The notes beneath the pieces are model-generated. The model was given only the letters and a program-made list of their open reading frames with translations. It was not told the DNA's origin and did not search any database. This document shows positions 20,641 through 31,761 of a stretch of DNA of 56,739 nucleotides, one piece after another. The DNA comes from Candidatus Bathyarchaeota archaeon (lineage in GTDB: Archaea; Thermoproteota; Bathyarchaeia; Bathyarchaeales; Bathyarchaeaceae): the NCBI GenBank assembly GCA_963697165.1, contig CAVOMX010000003.1, positions 1 through 56,739 of the forward strand, written 5' to 3'. Made by a program: the position numbers and the translations under genes. Position 1 is the stretch's first letter, and every line of letters starts with the position of its first letter.

Positions 20641-21861
20641 TTGAAATACGTGGATTTTGTTGACCAATCTTACAAACCAAAAACAACTGATTTAATCTGC
20701 GACTTCTATGTTGAACCAGACGGAATCAGTTTAAAAGAGGCGGCTGGGGGAGTTGCAGCCGAGAGTTCTGTAGGAACTTGGACGGAGCTTACTACAATAA
20801 AGCCTTACGTGGAAAAGCTTGCTGCCCGAGTATTCAGTATCAACGGTAATAATATTCGCGTTGCTTATACGATTGATTTGTTTGAACCCGGCAACATGCC
20901 TAACATCTTGAGTAGCGTGGCTGGAAACGTCTTTGGATTACGTGCACTAAAGAATCTGCGACTCAACGACATCCATTTGCCAACGGAACTGGTTCGAAGC
21001 TTCAAGGGTCCCAAGTATGGTGTAACTGGAATACGTAAACTGCTAGGCGTTAAGGATAGACCCTTCATTGGGACAATTATCAAGCCGAAGCTGGGGTTGA
21101 AGACAAAGGACCATGCAAAGGTAGCCTATGACGCTTGGGTTGGCGGATGCGATGTAGTGAAAGACGACGAGAACCTTAGCAGTCAACGTTTCAATCCTTT
21201 TAATGACCGCTTTATGGAGACTCTTGAGATGCGGGACCGCGCTGAAAAGGAAACTGGGGAAAAGAAGGTGTACATGGTTAACATTACATCAGAAACGAAA
21301 GAGATGCTGAAGCGCGCACAGTTTGTCAAAGACCATGGCGGAAGATACTTGATGATTGACATTCTGACCTGCGGGTTCTCTGCGCTGCAGACAATTCGGG
21401 AACAAGATTTTGGTTTGGTGATTCATGCTCACAGAGCTGGACATGCAGCCTTCACAAAAAATATGAAGCATGGAGTTTCAATGCGTGTAATCGCAAAGGT
21501 TGCTAGGATTATTGGCGTTGATCAGCTTCACGTCGGCACGGTTGTGGGGAAAATGTCTGAGACAAGAGAAGAGGTTTCGGAGAATTGCGAGGCTCTCAGT
21601 GTCGAATTAGGTGGTTTGAAGAAGGTGTTGCCTGTTGCGTCAGGTGGTCTTTATCCTGGTCTGGTTCCCGCTTTGATGAACTTCTTCGGGAACGATTTTG
21701 TGATTCAGGCTGGAGGCGGAATTCATGGCCATACAGATGGAACTGTTTCTGGGGCCACAGCTATGAGGCAAGCGGTGGACGCGATCCTGCAGGGTATATC
21801 CCTAAAAGAGTATGCGAAAACTCACAAAGAATTGCGTGTTGCTCTAGAGCTATGGAAGTAG
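20641..21861 (+). CDS. rbcL: Form III RuBisCO
   Basis: AAESSVGTWT, IIKPKLGL, GGCDVVKDDENL, HAHRAGH, GTVVGKM, ASGG, QAGGGIHGH; catalytic residues retained, so not a RuBisCO-like protein. Confidence 0.95.
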   Translation: MKYVDFVDQSYKPKTTDLICDFYVEPDGISLKEAAGGVAAESSVGTWTELTTIKPYVEKLAARVFSINGNNIRVAYTIDLFEPGNMPNILSSVAGNVFGLRALKNLRLNDIHLPTELVRSFKGPKYGVTGIRKLLGVKDRPFIGTIIKPKLGLKTKDHAKVAYDAWVGGCDVVKDDENLSSQRFNPFNDRFMETLEMRDRAEKETGEKKVYMVNITSETKEMLKRAQFVKDHGGRYLMIDILTCGFSALQTIREQDFGLVIHAHRAGHAAFTKNMKHGVSMRVIAKVARIIGVDQLHVGTVVGKMSETREEVSENCEALSVELGGLKKVLPVASGGLYPGLVPALMNFFGNDFVIQAGGGIHGHTDGTVSGATAMRQAVDAILQGISLKEYAKTHKELRVALELWK

Positions 21862-21913
21862 CAGCCGCACTTCCTTGTTTCCCATTTTGTTTCTCAGTTG
21901 GCGTGTACTTTTT

Positions 21914-22543
21914 TCATGTCTGGATTTTGAATGGTGTTCTGTAACCTTTCGCTACCAATTTTGTGTGGATGGCGCTCTTCAATTCGCCTACCCCTTTTCC
22001 AGTCTTTAAGCTCGTAGTGAATACGTTGTCTCTAACAGCGGATGGTTGACCCTTACTTATTCTGTTAGTAAACTCGTTAAGGTTATCCGCAATCTCCTCT
22101 CGGTTTGCCTTATCGATTTTGTTAGCCACAACTACTGGAAACTCGCCTAGAATATCCGTCAAATACTTCACCATCTCCACGTCCACCGACATGAATCCCT
22201 TCTTTTCTAAACGCCATGTTACCTCAAGGAACGTGGATATGTCTAAAACAGCGACGGCCAGCACTATGTTTTCGGTGTTGGATTCCAAGAACTCGATGAT
22301 CTGGTCATTAACCTTATCTTCAAAACTTTTAGAAACTCCAACCATTTTTCCCAGCCCTGGAAGGTCTACAAGAACTAAGCCGTCATTCAAAGGATACTTT
22401 TTGACCTTTCGTGTAGTTCCAGCATGTTTACCTGTTATTATGTTCAGACCTGAGAGTTCTTTGACAAGACTACTCTTTCCACAGTTAGGTCTTCCAGTGA
22501 AAACCAGATACTTTTCCTGCATACCAGATACTAAAGTGCGCAT
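21914..22543 (-). CDS. engB: EngB/YihA-family GTP-binding protein
   Basis: GRPNCGKSS, G.TR, DLPG.G, NKID motifs. Confidence 0.85.
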   Translation of the reverse strand: MRTLVSGMQEKYLVFTGRPNCGKSSLVKELSGLNIITGKHAGTTRKVKKYPLNDGLVLVDLPGLGKMVGVSKSFEDKVNDQIIEFLESNTENIVLAVAVLDISTFLEVTWRLEKKGFMSVDVEMVKYLTDILGEFPVVVANKIDKANREEIADNLNEFTNRISKGQPSAVRDNVFTTSLKTGKGVGELKSAIHTKLVAKGYRTPFKIQT

Positions 22544-22638
22544 GACACTTGAACGTATCCCAAAGTTTTGACGAGTAACTAGGCGGACAAGAAAAAATTC
22601 TTGTGGATTCGCTGAATACTTTTTTCATCGTTTTCGTT

Positions 22639-23250
22639 TCAATCTTCAGTTCTTTGTTCATTGGAAATAAGAAAAATCGCTATTTCCGCGAAAAAATTTG
22701 GAAAAAACCATACTCTTCTGTTTTTTCTTATGAAGATCGAATCCTTGATTGTAATCTTTCTTTGAGTGCAATATTCAATGAAATCGGAAATACCCAGAAA
22801 GTGCAAATTTGGTGTTTCATACCATTCATGGGGAAGTGAAGGTGTCACTGGGACTCTTCCTCTAAAAAATATCTGCAACCTCGCAGGATAATACACAAAA
22901 TTTGGGAAACTGACAATGGTTTGTTTTCCAACCCTCAAAGCTTCTTTTAGGACAACATCTGGTCTCTTAACTTGCTGAAGCGTCTGGCTTAATATAACGT
23001 AATCAAAGGAATTGTCCACATACTCAGCCAATCCAGTATCTATGTCCTGTTGAAAAACGCTTAATCCCCGCGCTACACACTCATAAATCGCTTGACCATC
23101 AATTTCTATACCCTGTGCACGCACTTTCTTTTCCTGAATAAGTAACGAGATTAACTCCCCATCACCGCAACCAAGATCCAATACTGAGGAGGATTGCTTA
23201 ATCCAGTCGAGAATAATCCGGTATTCTAACTTAGATGATGGATTTTTCAT
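22639..23250 (-). CDS. metW: Methionine biosynthesis protein MetW
   Basis: [35 protein letters not shown]; overlaps the metX stop. Confidence 0.95.
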   Translation of the reverse strand: MKNPSSKLEYRIILDWIKQSSSVLDLGCGDGELISLLIQEKKVRAQGIEIDGQAIYECVARGLSVFQQDIDTGLAEYVDNSFDYVILSQTLQQVKRPDVVLKEALRVGKQTIVSFPNFVYYPARLQIFFRGRVPVTPSLPHEWYETPNLHFLGISDFIEYCTQRKITIKDSIFIRKNRRVWFFPNFFAEIAIFLISNEQRTED

Positions 23251-24392
23251 TTAGTTTCTCCCTGTCCGTTAGATACTGTTCTTAGGAAATGTTTGATCAG
23301 GTGTGTTTCTTCTTTGACTTCCAAAAGAAATGCGTCATGTCCATAAGTGGAGTTGATCTCGCAGTAAGTAGTGTCGACCCCTGCCAGTTTACATGCCTTA
23401 ACAATTTCTCTGGATTGGTATGCTGGATATAGCCAATCTGATTTAAACGCTACAACAAGAACTTTTGCCTTTAATCCTTTGAAAATTTCAGAGATCTTTT
23501 TTCCAGTTAAGATGTTGAAGTAATCTATTGCTTTGGTTATGTACAGGTAAGAGTTAGCGTCAAATCTTTTCACAAAGTTGTCGCCCCTGTATCGTAGATA
23601 TCCTTCTACCTCAAAGTCGGTGCCAAACTTGAACAGTCTTCCATGGTTCTTGAAGCGCCTACCAAATTTCTCAGCCATCGACACATCACTCATGTATGTA
23701 ATATGCCCTACCATTCTAGCCACAGCTAATCCTTTGCTAGGAGGCGAAGCCTCATAGTAGTCACCATTATTCCAGTTGTGGTCAGCCATGATTGCTTGGC
23801 GACCCACTTCATTGAAGGCAATTTGTTGAGGAGAATGCTTCATAGTTGTCGCAATCGGAATCGCGGAACGTATCCTGTCCGGATAAGAAACCATCCATTG
23901 CAAAACCTGCATTCCTCCCATAGACCCACCAACTACGGTTAGAAGTTTATCAATTCCTAGATGGTTGATCAAGCCACATTGTGCATTAACCATGTCTTGT
24001 ATGGTCAAGATTGGAAATTCTGTGGTGTATGGTTTACCTGTTTTAGGGCTGGTTGATGATGGACCTGTTGAGCCCGCGCAACCGCCAAGCACATTTGAGC
24101 ATATAACATAATATTTTGTTGTATCCAAAGCCTTTCCAGGTCCAATCATTGAATCCCACCATCCCGGATGTTTGTCTCCTTCATGGAATCCTGCGGCGTG
24201 AGCGTCTCCAGAAAGAGCGTGAAGAACTAGGATTGTGTTCGACTTCTGTTGGTTGAGTTCGCCGTATGTTTCATAAGCTAGAGTGATGGGTCCAATCTTT
24301 TTTCCTGATTCAAAAGTAAACTCTTCTTTAGGATTGTTGATGGTGTAATACTTAGTTTCTACTGTTGCCACACTTCCGAAGTTTTCTGTCAC
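23247..24392 (-). CDS. metX: Homoserine O-acetyltransferase
   Basis: [36 protein letters not shown]. Confidence 0.97.
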   Translation of the reverse strand: MTENFGSVATVETKYYTINNPKEEFTFESGKKIGPITLAYETYGELNQQKSNTILVLHALSGDAHAAGFHEGDKHPGWWDSMIGPGKALDTTKYYVICSNVLGGCAGSTGPSSTSPKTGKPYTTEFPILTIQDMVNAQCGLINHLGIDKLLTVVGGSMGGMQVLQWMVSYPDRIRSAIPIATTMKHSPQQIAFNEVGRQAIMADHNWNNGDYYEASPPSKGLAVARMVGHITYMSDVSMAEKFGRRFKNHGRLFKFGTDFEVEGYLRYRGDNFVKRFDANSYLYITKAIDYFNILTGKKISEIFKGLKAKVLVVAFKSDWLYPAYQSREIVKACKLAGVDTTYCEINSTYGHDAFLLEVKEETHLIKHFLRTVSNGQGETK

Positions 24393-24450
24393 GGGCTGTC
24401 ACCTCCATTTACACACTAAAAAAGGGGTTTTCATATGATCGTTGCAGGAT

Positions 24451-25774
<1,324 letters not shown>

Positions 25775-25792
25775 TTATTTGTGTTGTATACC

Positions 25793-25846
25793 TATAACGT
25801 GTTATATTATTTCTTGTGAAAAATATTCCAAAAAGAATATTTTCAC
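25793..25846. promoter_or_regulatory. Two inverted repeats upstream of metY
   Basis: TATAAC-GT-GTTATA (25793-25806) and GTGAAAAATATTC-N6-GAATATTTTCAC (25816-25846). Confidence 0.5.
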
Positions 25847-25931
25847 TAGCGAACACTTTTAGTTGAATTAGCTACGAACAGAGTTTACAATACGCCAAAA
25901 AAAGACCCAAAATAAAGCTGTTTCTATCTTT

Positions 25932-27356
25932 TTATCGGTCTCGTTTTCGTTTCTCAGTGAGAGGCAATCGTATTCTGATTGTGGTTTTGTTTCCGTATAT
26001 GCTGTATTTCTGGAGTTTTCTGCCTTCCGGAATCCGCTCCACCAAACCACACCTTACAAGCGTCTCCAAATTTCTCCAAAGACCCTTCTTGGCTCCCTTC
26101 TTCAACTCCATCTTTTCGAATAGCTCACTCACTGTCATCGGCGAAGCATATTTCTGATGATGGGAAGCCAATTCAAGGAGAATCTGTCTGTTCCGTTTCG
26201 AGCCTAAAGCATCCAATGTTTTCTCAGTTAATTCCTCTGGAACAAACAAGCTCTCGTGAGTTCCCAGAATTGTTTCCATAGCCTCGTAATATGGTTTTAC
26301 GAAGTCCCAGTAGCATTTCAAACAAAATCGTTTCATCTCACGGGACGCCGTCTCATGTTCCACATACTTTTGTGTTACAATTTTCTTCCAGTATTGCTCT
26401 TCACCTTTCTTTCTGGTTGCTGGAGCAAATGGCTGAATGATGTTTCTTACAAGATAATCAAGGAATTTTTGGGATACTTTTTCCTGTTCGTAAATTTTGC
26501 GACTAACATCACTGTATGAGTCGCTTATGAATAGTGTCTCATCTGGGTTCAGGTCTCTTGATTGTAGGTATCTCATAGGCTTTCCTGAGATTGTAACTGG
26601 GTCTGGCAAAACAATTGTTGCGGGGTATTCAATACCGTCGTCTGTGCAGATCAGTTTTTTGAGAATGGAGAGGCCTGCATTTGATTTGTCGAAAATGTTG
26701 TATGATGCGCCTAAGTAGCCGAGGGACTCTAAGCCCCAGCTGACATACGGATATGTCTTGATTTCTGTTCCAAGTTTGTTTCTGTCAAACAAGTAAATGT
26801 CAAGAAGCTCTTTTTCGTATTCTGTGAGATTATACGTCTTTTCTTTGAGCTTAACTGTCGTCGATTCACGAAGTTTCTCTCGTGTGTTTATCTGGCTGAG
26901 AATGTTCTGGAGGCTCTTTTCAAAGTCAAGAATTCTTAAGATGCTGTATACATCTCTCTGTATCTCCACTCTATCCTCAACAATCACAGCTTTTGCGCTT
27001 GGAGAAAAGACTCCTTGAAAAAATTTGTGTGCCTCTGCAACCCGCTCTCTGATGTCTCCACGGTGATAGCCTCTGCCGATATCTCGCAAAGCTCCAATAT
27101 ACACAACTGGATTTATGGAATATCCACTGTCTATGAGTTCCTCAACTAAAAAGAGAGGTAGAAAATGTTTTAGTTGAGCTACTTCCAAGTCCGCATGGAA
27201 CGCAACCACGACAATAGAATTAAGTTTCCTTCTTTTCCATTCTTCACCTATTCCATCAACAACTCGGATTCTTTCCATCTCGGGAAAACGTTGACTGAAC
27301 CATTTTTCTGTTAACAAAGGAAGCGGAATGCCTTCTTGTTCATCTTTTGTGCCCAT
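25932..27356 (-). CDS. Degenerate tyrosyl-tRNA-synthetase-like domain fused to a C-terminal ArsR-type winged helix
   Basis: Residues ~45-360 are collinear with archaeal TyrRS (QLKH at the HIGH position, YP..LG, SGKPM at the KMSKS position, ISDS..VSRKI); residues ~378-465 read DALGSKRNRQILLEL..MTVSEL..LWRNLETLVRCGLV. Confidence 0.7.
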   Translation of the reverse strand: MGTKDEQEGIPLPLLTEKWFSQRFPEMERIRVVDGIGEEWKRRKLNSIVVVAFHADLEVAQLKHFLPLFLVEELIDSGYSINPVVYIGALRDIGRGYHRGDIRERVAEAHKFFQGVFSPSAKAVIVEDRVEIQRDVYSILRILDFEKSLQNILSQINTREKLRESTTVKLKEKTYNLTEYEKELLDIYLFDRNKLGTEIKTYPYVSWGLESLGYLGASYNIFDKSNAGLSILKKLICTDDGIEYPATIVLPDPVTISGKPMRYLQSRDLNPDETLFISDSYSDVSRKIYEQEKVSQKFLDYLVRNIIQPFAPATRKKGEEQYWKKIVTQKYVEHETASREMKRFCLKCYWDFVKPYYEAMETILGTHESLFVPEELTEKTLDALGSKRNRQILLELASHHQKYASPMTVSELFEKMELKKGAKKGLWRNLETLVRCGLVERIPEGRKLQKYSIYGNKTTIRIRLPLTEKRKRDR

Positions 27357-27381
27357 TTTATATCATCTCCTCTTTTATTTT

Positions 27382-27492
27382 TGTTACATATGTTTCATTT
27401 ACTGAGGATAAACGTAACATTTGCTGTAACTAACTTCTACATATCCTATTTCTTCTTTATAGTATATAAGATTAAGTAACAATTAATGTAAC
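27382..27492. promoter_or_regulatory. GTAAC repeat array upstream of the TyrRS-HTH gene
   Basis: GTAAC at 27414/27426 and 27476/27488 (two pairs, each 12 nt apart), plus inverted TGTTAC at 27382. Confidence 0.5.
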
Positions 27493-27885
27493 CAAAAATT
27501 CTGTAAACTCACTTCTTCAGACTTGAAGAATAATCCGTTCCGTCACACTAGACTAATTCGGTGAAACGAAATGCAGGAACATCTTCGCAGTAGCCAAACC
27601 TTGGTTAAAACTGAAGCACACACAGAAACTGAGAAACAAAAAAAGACCCTTGCCTATGTAGTGCAGATGTATCATGGGTGGCTGCGTCAACTGCGTCGGA
27701 TGCGTCTAAACGGTAACAATCAGCGACTGCCTGAGGACCAAAAAATTTTTTGCTGCCCTCAAGAGGCAGTCTCCTTCTTGCTGACTTTTTAGTTAGCGTT
27801 TAACCCTTCAGTAAAATTTTTGGGTTGTTCTAGTTGTGCTTTAGAAGTTAGACAATTTATATAGCCTGTTTCATATACCAGAAAA

Positions 27886-28692
27886 TTGAGAGTAGAATTC
27901 ATGTCAGTTGATTTTAGTTCCCTGAAAAAGGTTGCGGAAGGCAAAACCAAGATAATCTATGAGAACCCGGAAGCCCCAAAAACCGCGTACATGGTCTTCA
28001 AGGATGATATAACCGCGGGAGACGGCGTAAAACATGATATCATCAAAGGCAAAGCCCTAGTTGACTGGAAAACAAACAGGGACATCTTTGACCTGCTAAA
28101 CCATAAAGGTGTTCAGACACATTACATTTCTAGTCCAAAAGAAAAAGTTGTCATCATCAAGAAACTTGACCGTAAAATAAACCTTGAAGTTGTGTCTCGA
28201 AGAATCGCCGCAGGTTCCATACTAAAGTGGGGAAACATGGCTGAGGGAACAAGATTTGATCCTTTGATCACCCAGTTCCATTACAAGGACGATCCTTTGC
28301 ATGATCCCATGCTGGATGACAAGTACATCGACTATATTGTCAAGGCGAAAAAAGGCACCGAATATGCCCAAATGCGTAAGCTTAACACAGAAATATTTCT
28401 TCATCTAGAAAGAGCCTTCGCACAATTTGACATCCAGCTGGTTGACATGAAGCTGGAGTATGGCATCATCGAGGGAACTGTTTACTTGATAGATGAAATT
28501 ACAGGTGGCTCCTTTAGGTTATGGCCTTTTGCTCACAAAAATCCTAATCTTAACCAATCTAACGTGCTGAATGAACTGAATCCTGAGGGAAGACTCGACA
28601 AGGACACCTACCGTATGGGCGAAAACGTCGACAAGGTTCTAACAAAGTTTGAGGAAATAGCTAAAGTAACCGCAAAATTCAGGGACCTGTAA
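27886..28692 (+). CDS. purC: SAICAR synthetase
   Basis: EGKTKIIY, FKDDITAGDG, EVVSR.IAAGS, KDDPLHDP, LVDMKLEYG, LDKDTYR. Confidence 0.95.
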   Translation: MRVEFMSVDFSSLKKVAEGKTKIIYENPEAPKTAYMVFKDDITAGDGVKHDIIKGKALVDWKTNRDIFDLLNHKGVQTHYISSPKEKVVIIKKLDRKINLEVVSRRIAAGSILKWGNMAEGTRFDPLITQFHYKDDPLHDPMLDDKYIDYIVKAKKGTEYAQMRKLNTEIFLHLERAFAQFDIQLVDMKLEYGIIEGTVYLIDEITGGSFRLWPFAHKNPNLNQSNVLNELNPEGRLDKDTYRMGENVDKVLTKFEEIAKVTAKFRDL

Positions 28693-28695
28693 AAG

Positions 28696-30024
28696 CTATT
28701 CATCTTCGTTCTGATCTGCAGCTTTATATTCGGGTAACGTGTCGCTTCCATGGGGAATGACGTAAACTTTGGCGTTTTTGCCTGTTACTTCGAAGGCCTC
28801 TCGCAGGGCGTCGTTCATGGCGCTTGCGGTTCTCATTTTGAATGTGTTTACTGTATAGCAGTCAGGCATAACCGACACTAAAATGATGGTGACTTTCTGC
28901 AGTGCTTTGTTTAGGTAGTAGGCTTTGTGTGCTCCCAACACGAAACGTTTCTTTATTTCCTTCTCTAAACGTTTCAAGTCCGTGAACTTTTCCATCCACT
29001 CAGCAAACGCTTCGTTGCCGTGTCCTTCGGGGCACTCTGCCGCCAAGACGATGACACCTCTTCGTTTCACGGCTTCTAATGCGTTGTAGATTGCTTTAGA
29101 TGCTTGATACAGGTTAATGTCGTGGGGATATCCGCCTGAACTAACAACAACAATGTTTGCCCTCTGCTCAATAGAAACCTTGTACATTTCATCTACAAGT
29201 TTTGTGCCCTCAAGAAAAGCCTGCTCTAGGTCTCCTGCGAAGGCTTTGACTAGCTCATTCCTGCTGTTTGTAACAATATTCAGGATGAAGTCGACCTTAG
29301 CAAGTTTAGCTGCCTCTATCATGTCTTCATGCACAGGATTATCTTCCAACACTCCAATTGCGGCTTTAGGATGCACGAGTAATGCGTGGTTTTGTTGAAT
29401 GGTTTCGGCGCTTGAAATTGCGGGAAGTACTCCTTTTCTTCCGCCTCCGTAACCCGCGTAATAGTGCAGGTTTATGTCTCCTGCCAAAACTTTCACGTCT
29501 GCTTCGGCGAAGACTTTGTTTACATTGACTTTGGTTCCGTGGGATGTTTCTCCCAGAAAAACCTGATCTTCTGCCATGTAATCATGGTTTATGGTTATGA
29601 CTCTTTCCAGTGCCTCTTTTCCTACCAATTTTTCCTTCTCTTCTGAGCGTACGGGTCGATGAGAGCCGCAACCAAAAATAACTGTTACATCTTCATCCTT
29701 TACTCCCGCTTTGTTTAGTTCATCAAGTAAGGGAATAATCATCATGTAGCTTGGAGTTGACCGCGTTGCATCGTCAATTACTATGGCTACCTTATCGCCT
29801 GTCTTTGCTATTTCATTCAACTGTTGGGTTCCAATCGGCTGACTTAATGCCCGTTCAATCTCAGCTTTGTAGTTTGTAACTCCCGTTTTCTCATTGGGCT
29901 CTATATAACCCAGAAAGTTTCGGGTGGGTATTCTTGCACAAACTTCAGTTTTCCCGTAGGGAATCCACGCATCAACCATAAAAGACACTTCTGACTGGCT
30001 AGATGCTTTTCTTTTGTGCTTCAT
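28696..30024 (-). CDS. larA: Nickel-pincer-dependent lactate racemase family protein
   Basis: DDATRSTP, GSHR, HYYAGYGGGRK, GGYPHDINLYQA.K, AECPEGHG. Confidence 0.9.
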   Translation of the reverse strand: MKHKRKASSQSEVSFMVDAWIPYGKTEVCARIPTRNFLGYIEPNEKTGVTNYKAEIERALSQPIGTQQLNEIAKTGDKVAIVIDDATRSTPSYMMIIPLLDELNKAGVKDEDVTVIFGCGSHRPVRSEEKEKLVGKEALERVITINHDYMAEDQVFLGETSHGTKVNVNKVFAEADVKVLAGDINLHYYAGYGGGRKGVLPAISSAETIQQNHALLVHPKAAIGVLEDNPVHEDMIEAAKLAKVDFILNIVTNSRNELVKAFAGDLEQAFLEGTKLVDEMYKVSIEQRANIVVVSSGGYPHDINLYQASKAIYNALEAVKRRGVIVLAAECPEGHGNEAFAEWMEKFTDLKRLEKEIKKRFVLGAHKAYYLNKALQKVTIILVSVMPDCYTVNTFKMRTASAMNDALREAFEVTGKNAKVYVIPHGSDTLPEYKAADQNEDE

Positions 30025-30086
30025 TTAAAAGTAACGGCTAAACCTATCGCAAGTTCTTTAAAACTGCGCACACATATATCTTTAGC

Positions 30087-30722
30087 ATGAAAGGAGGGAA
30101 GGATTTGGAAAAGGGAGAGATGAAGACTGAGCTGGGTAAGATTCTGAACAGGGTTGGCGTTTTGAAGTTTGGAACTTTCAAACTCACCAGCGGAGAGGTA
30201 AGCCCTTACTATCTGGATTTGAGGGTTGTTCCAAGCTTTCCTGATGCTTTTAGGCGAATCTGTGACCTTTACATCGAGATGATCAAAAGTGATGTTAGAG
30301 CCGACGGCTTTGACCGAATTGCAGGCATCCCAACTGCGGGCATATCCTTTGCTTCTATCGCTGGGTATCACCTCAAAAAGCCGTTCCTTTATGTTCGATC
30401 AACTGAAAGAGAACATGGACGAGGCAGACAAGTCGAAGGAATTTTGTTGCCTGGCGACCGAGTTTTGTTAATGGATGACCTAATAACCAAGGGCGGGTCA
30501 ATATTGAAAGCCGCTGAAGCCGTCAGAGCCGAGGGTGGCGTGGTAACTGACGCCGTTGTTTTGATGGATCGCGAAGAGAACGGAAAACAGAATTTGGTTA
30601 AGGACGGTATCAATCTTCATTATTTGCTCACAACCAGTGAACTTGCCCGCAAACTGCATGACATGGACGCTATAACAAAAGAACAACTGGATACCATACT
30701 AAAACGAGCCAAAAAGAAATAG
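30087..30722 (+). CDS. pyrE: Orotate phosphoribosyltransferase
   Basis: FG.FKLTSG..SPYYLDLR, LMDDLITKGGS PRPP motif. Confidence 0.95.
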   Translation: MKGGKDLEKGEMKTELGKILNRVGVLKFGTFKLTSGEVSPYYLDLRVVPSFPDAFRRICDLYIEMIKSDVRADGFDRIAGIPTAGISFASIAGYHLKKPFLYVRSTEREHGRGRQVEGILLPGDRVLLMDDLITKGGSILKAAEAVRAEGGVVTDAVVLMDREENGKQNLVKDGINLHYLLTTSELARKLHDMDAITKEQLDTILKRAKKK

Positions 30723-30979
30723 CGACTGAAGAGCTTCCAGTTTCTACATTTGTTCTTTTAGTTCTAACTTGTCAACTGTGACCTGCGATTTTCTGTTTTG
30801 TTGAGTAGCTGTTCTGATTTCGGATATTTATTCTGCTTTCATCATTCATAAAAAGGTCACATTATTGACATTTTGTAAGGGGTACATCAGTGAGACTGCT
30901 GAAGAGATTTAGGCATTTTTTCAAGTGTTCCAAGTTTTATCACTGCCTAAACTGAGGATACATAATACCCAAAGAAGAA

Positions 30980-31098
30980 GCTGTAATCTCAGGCTGGGAC
31001 TCCCAGCAATCTCTATGCCATATTCATTGCCCAAGATGCGGGAAGTCAGGAATACATATTTCATGATATACAGAAACTGCTCTAATTCTACCTAAAAT
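30980..31098 (-). pseudogene. Possible remnant of a carbon-nitrogen hydrolase gene
   Basis: LGRIRAVSVYHEICIPD / SRILGNEYGIEIAGSPS across one indel resembles G.IG..ICY...FPE..R.LA..GAEI..P. Confidence 0.3.
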
Positions 31099-31158
31099 GA
31101 CTGTACTGAAGTAATTCAGTGTAAACAAAAAATGTCGAGGATTAATTTTGATCCTTGT

Positions 31159-31746
31159 TTATTCGTAGTATATGAGGTCTTCGAGTTCGAGTGTTTCATG
31201 AAGTTTTGTTACTGCCTCGTAAACGTCTTCTTCTTTTTTGGCGCCTGTGCAAACCAGTTTTCCACTTGCGAAAAGAAGAATCACAACTTTTGGAACATCC
31301 ATTCTGTAGATTAAACCTGGAAACTGTTCAGGCTCATACATAGTTCTGCCAAGAGAGTATGCAGACCGCTCAAGGTCTATCAAGCCAGCCAAATTAGCTG
31401 AAGCAACAATGTTCTGTATCTTCATCTCGGGCTTTCCGATAATAATTATCCCGCTCTTTTTCAGTTCCCTGACAACTTTCATGACTGCTCTCTTTGATTC
31501 TTTCTCTGACTTCGCTCCAGTGCAAACCATCTTCCCGGAATTGAAGATCAAAGTAGCGGTTTTGGGTCTCTTCAGTCTGAAAACCAATCCCGGAAACTGT
31601 TCTGGGCGATACTCGACTCCTGGATACCCTTTAACAATAGCGTTTAAGTCAAACTTTTGATTTAACGCTGCAGACGCCACAACATTCTCTATTCGGATAG
31701 AAGCTACAACCTCGGGTATTTCCAGCCCCTCCTTATAAAACAACAT
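31159..31746 (-). CDS. tbp: TATA-box-binding protein
   Basis: Two repeats of IENVVAS / YxPEQFPGL / F.SGK.VCTGAK. Confidence 0.98.
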   Translation of the reverse strand: MLFYKEGLEIPEVVASIRIENVVASAALNQKFDLNAIVKGYPGVEYRPEQFPGLVFRLKRPKTATLIFNSGKMVCTGAKSEKESKRAVMKVVRELKKSGIIIIGKPEMKIQNIVASANLAGLIDLERSAYSLGRTMYEPEQFPGLIYRMDVPKVVILLFASGKLVCTGAKKEEDVYEAVTKLHETLELEDLIYYE

Positions 31747-31761
31747 GAAATTGTTGCGGAG

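Noticed and set aside
20641..21861. Calvin cycle autotrophy, or a form IV RuBisCO-like protein
   Set aside because: No phosphoribulokinase in the window, AMP phosphorylase and R15P isomerase are present, and the catalytic motifs are intact
25932..27356. Functional TyrRS or a cyclodipeptide synthase
   Set aside because: HIGH and KMSKS are degenerate; it keeps an anticodon-domain-like region and adds a wHTH, unlike CDPS enzymes
27660..27780. ZTP (pfl) riboswitch before purC
   Set aside because: Only a loose GCGACTGCCTGAGG resemblance; the 5' stem and pseudoknot partner are missing
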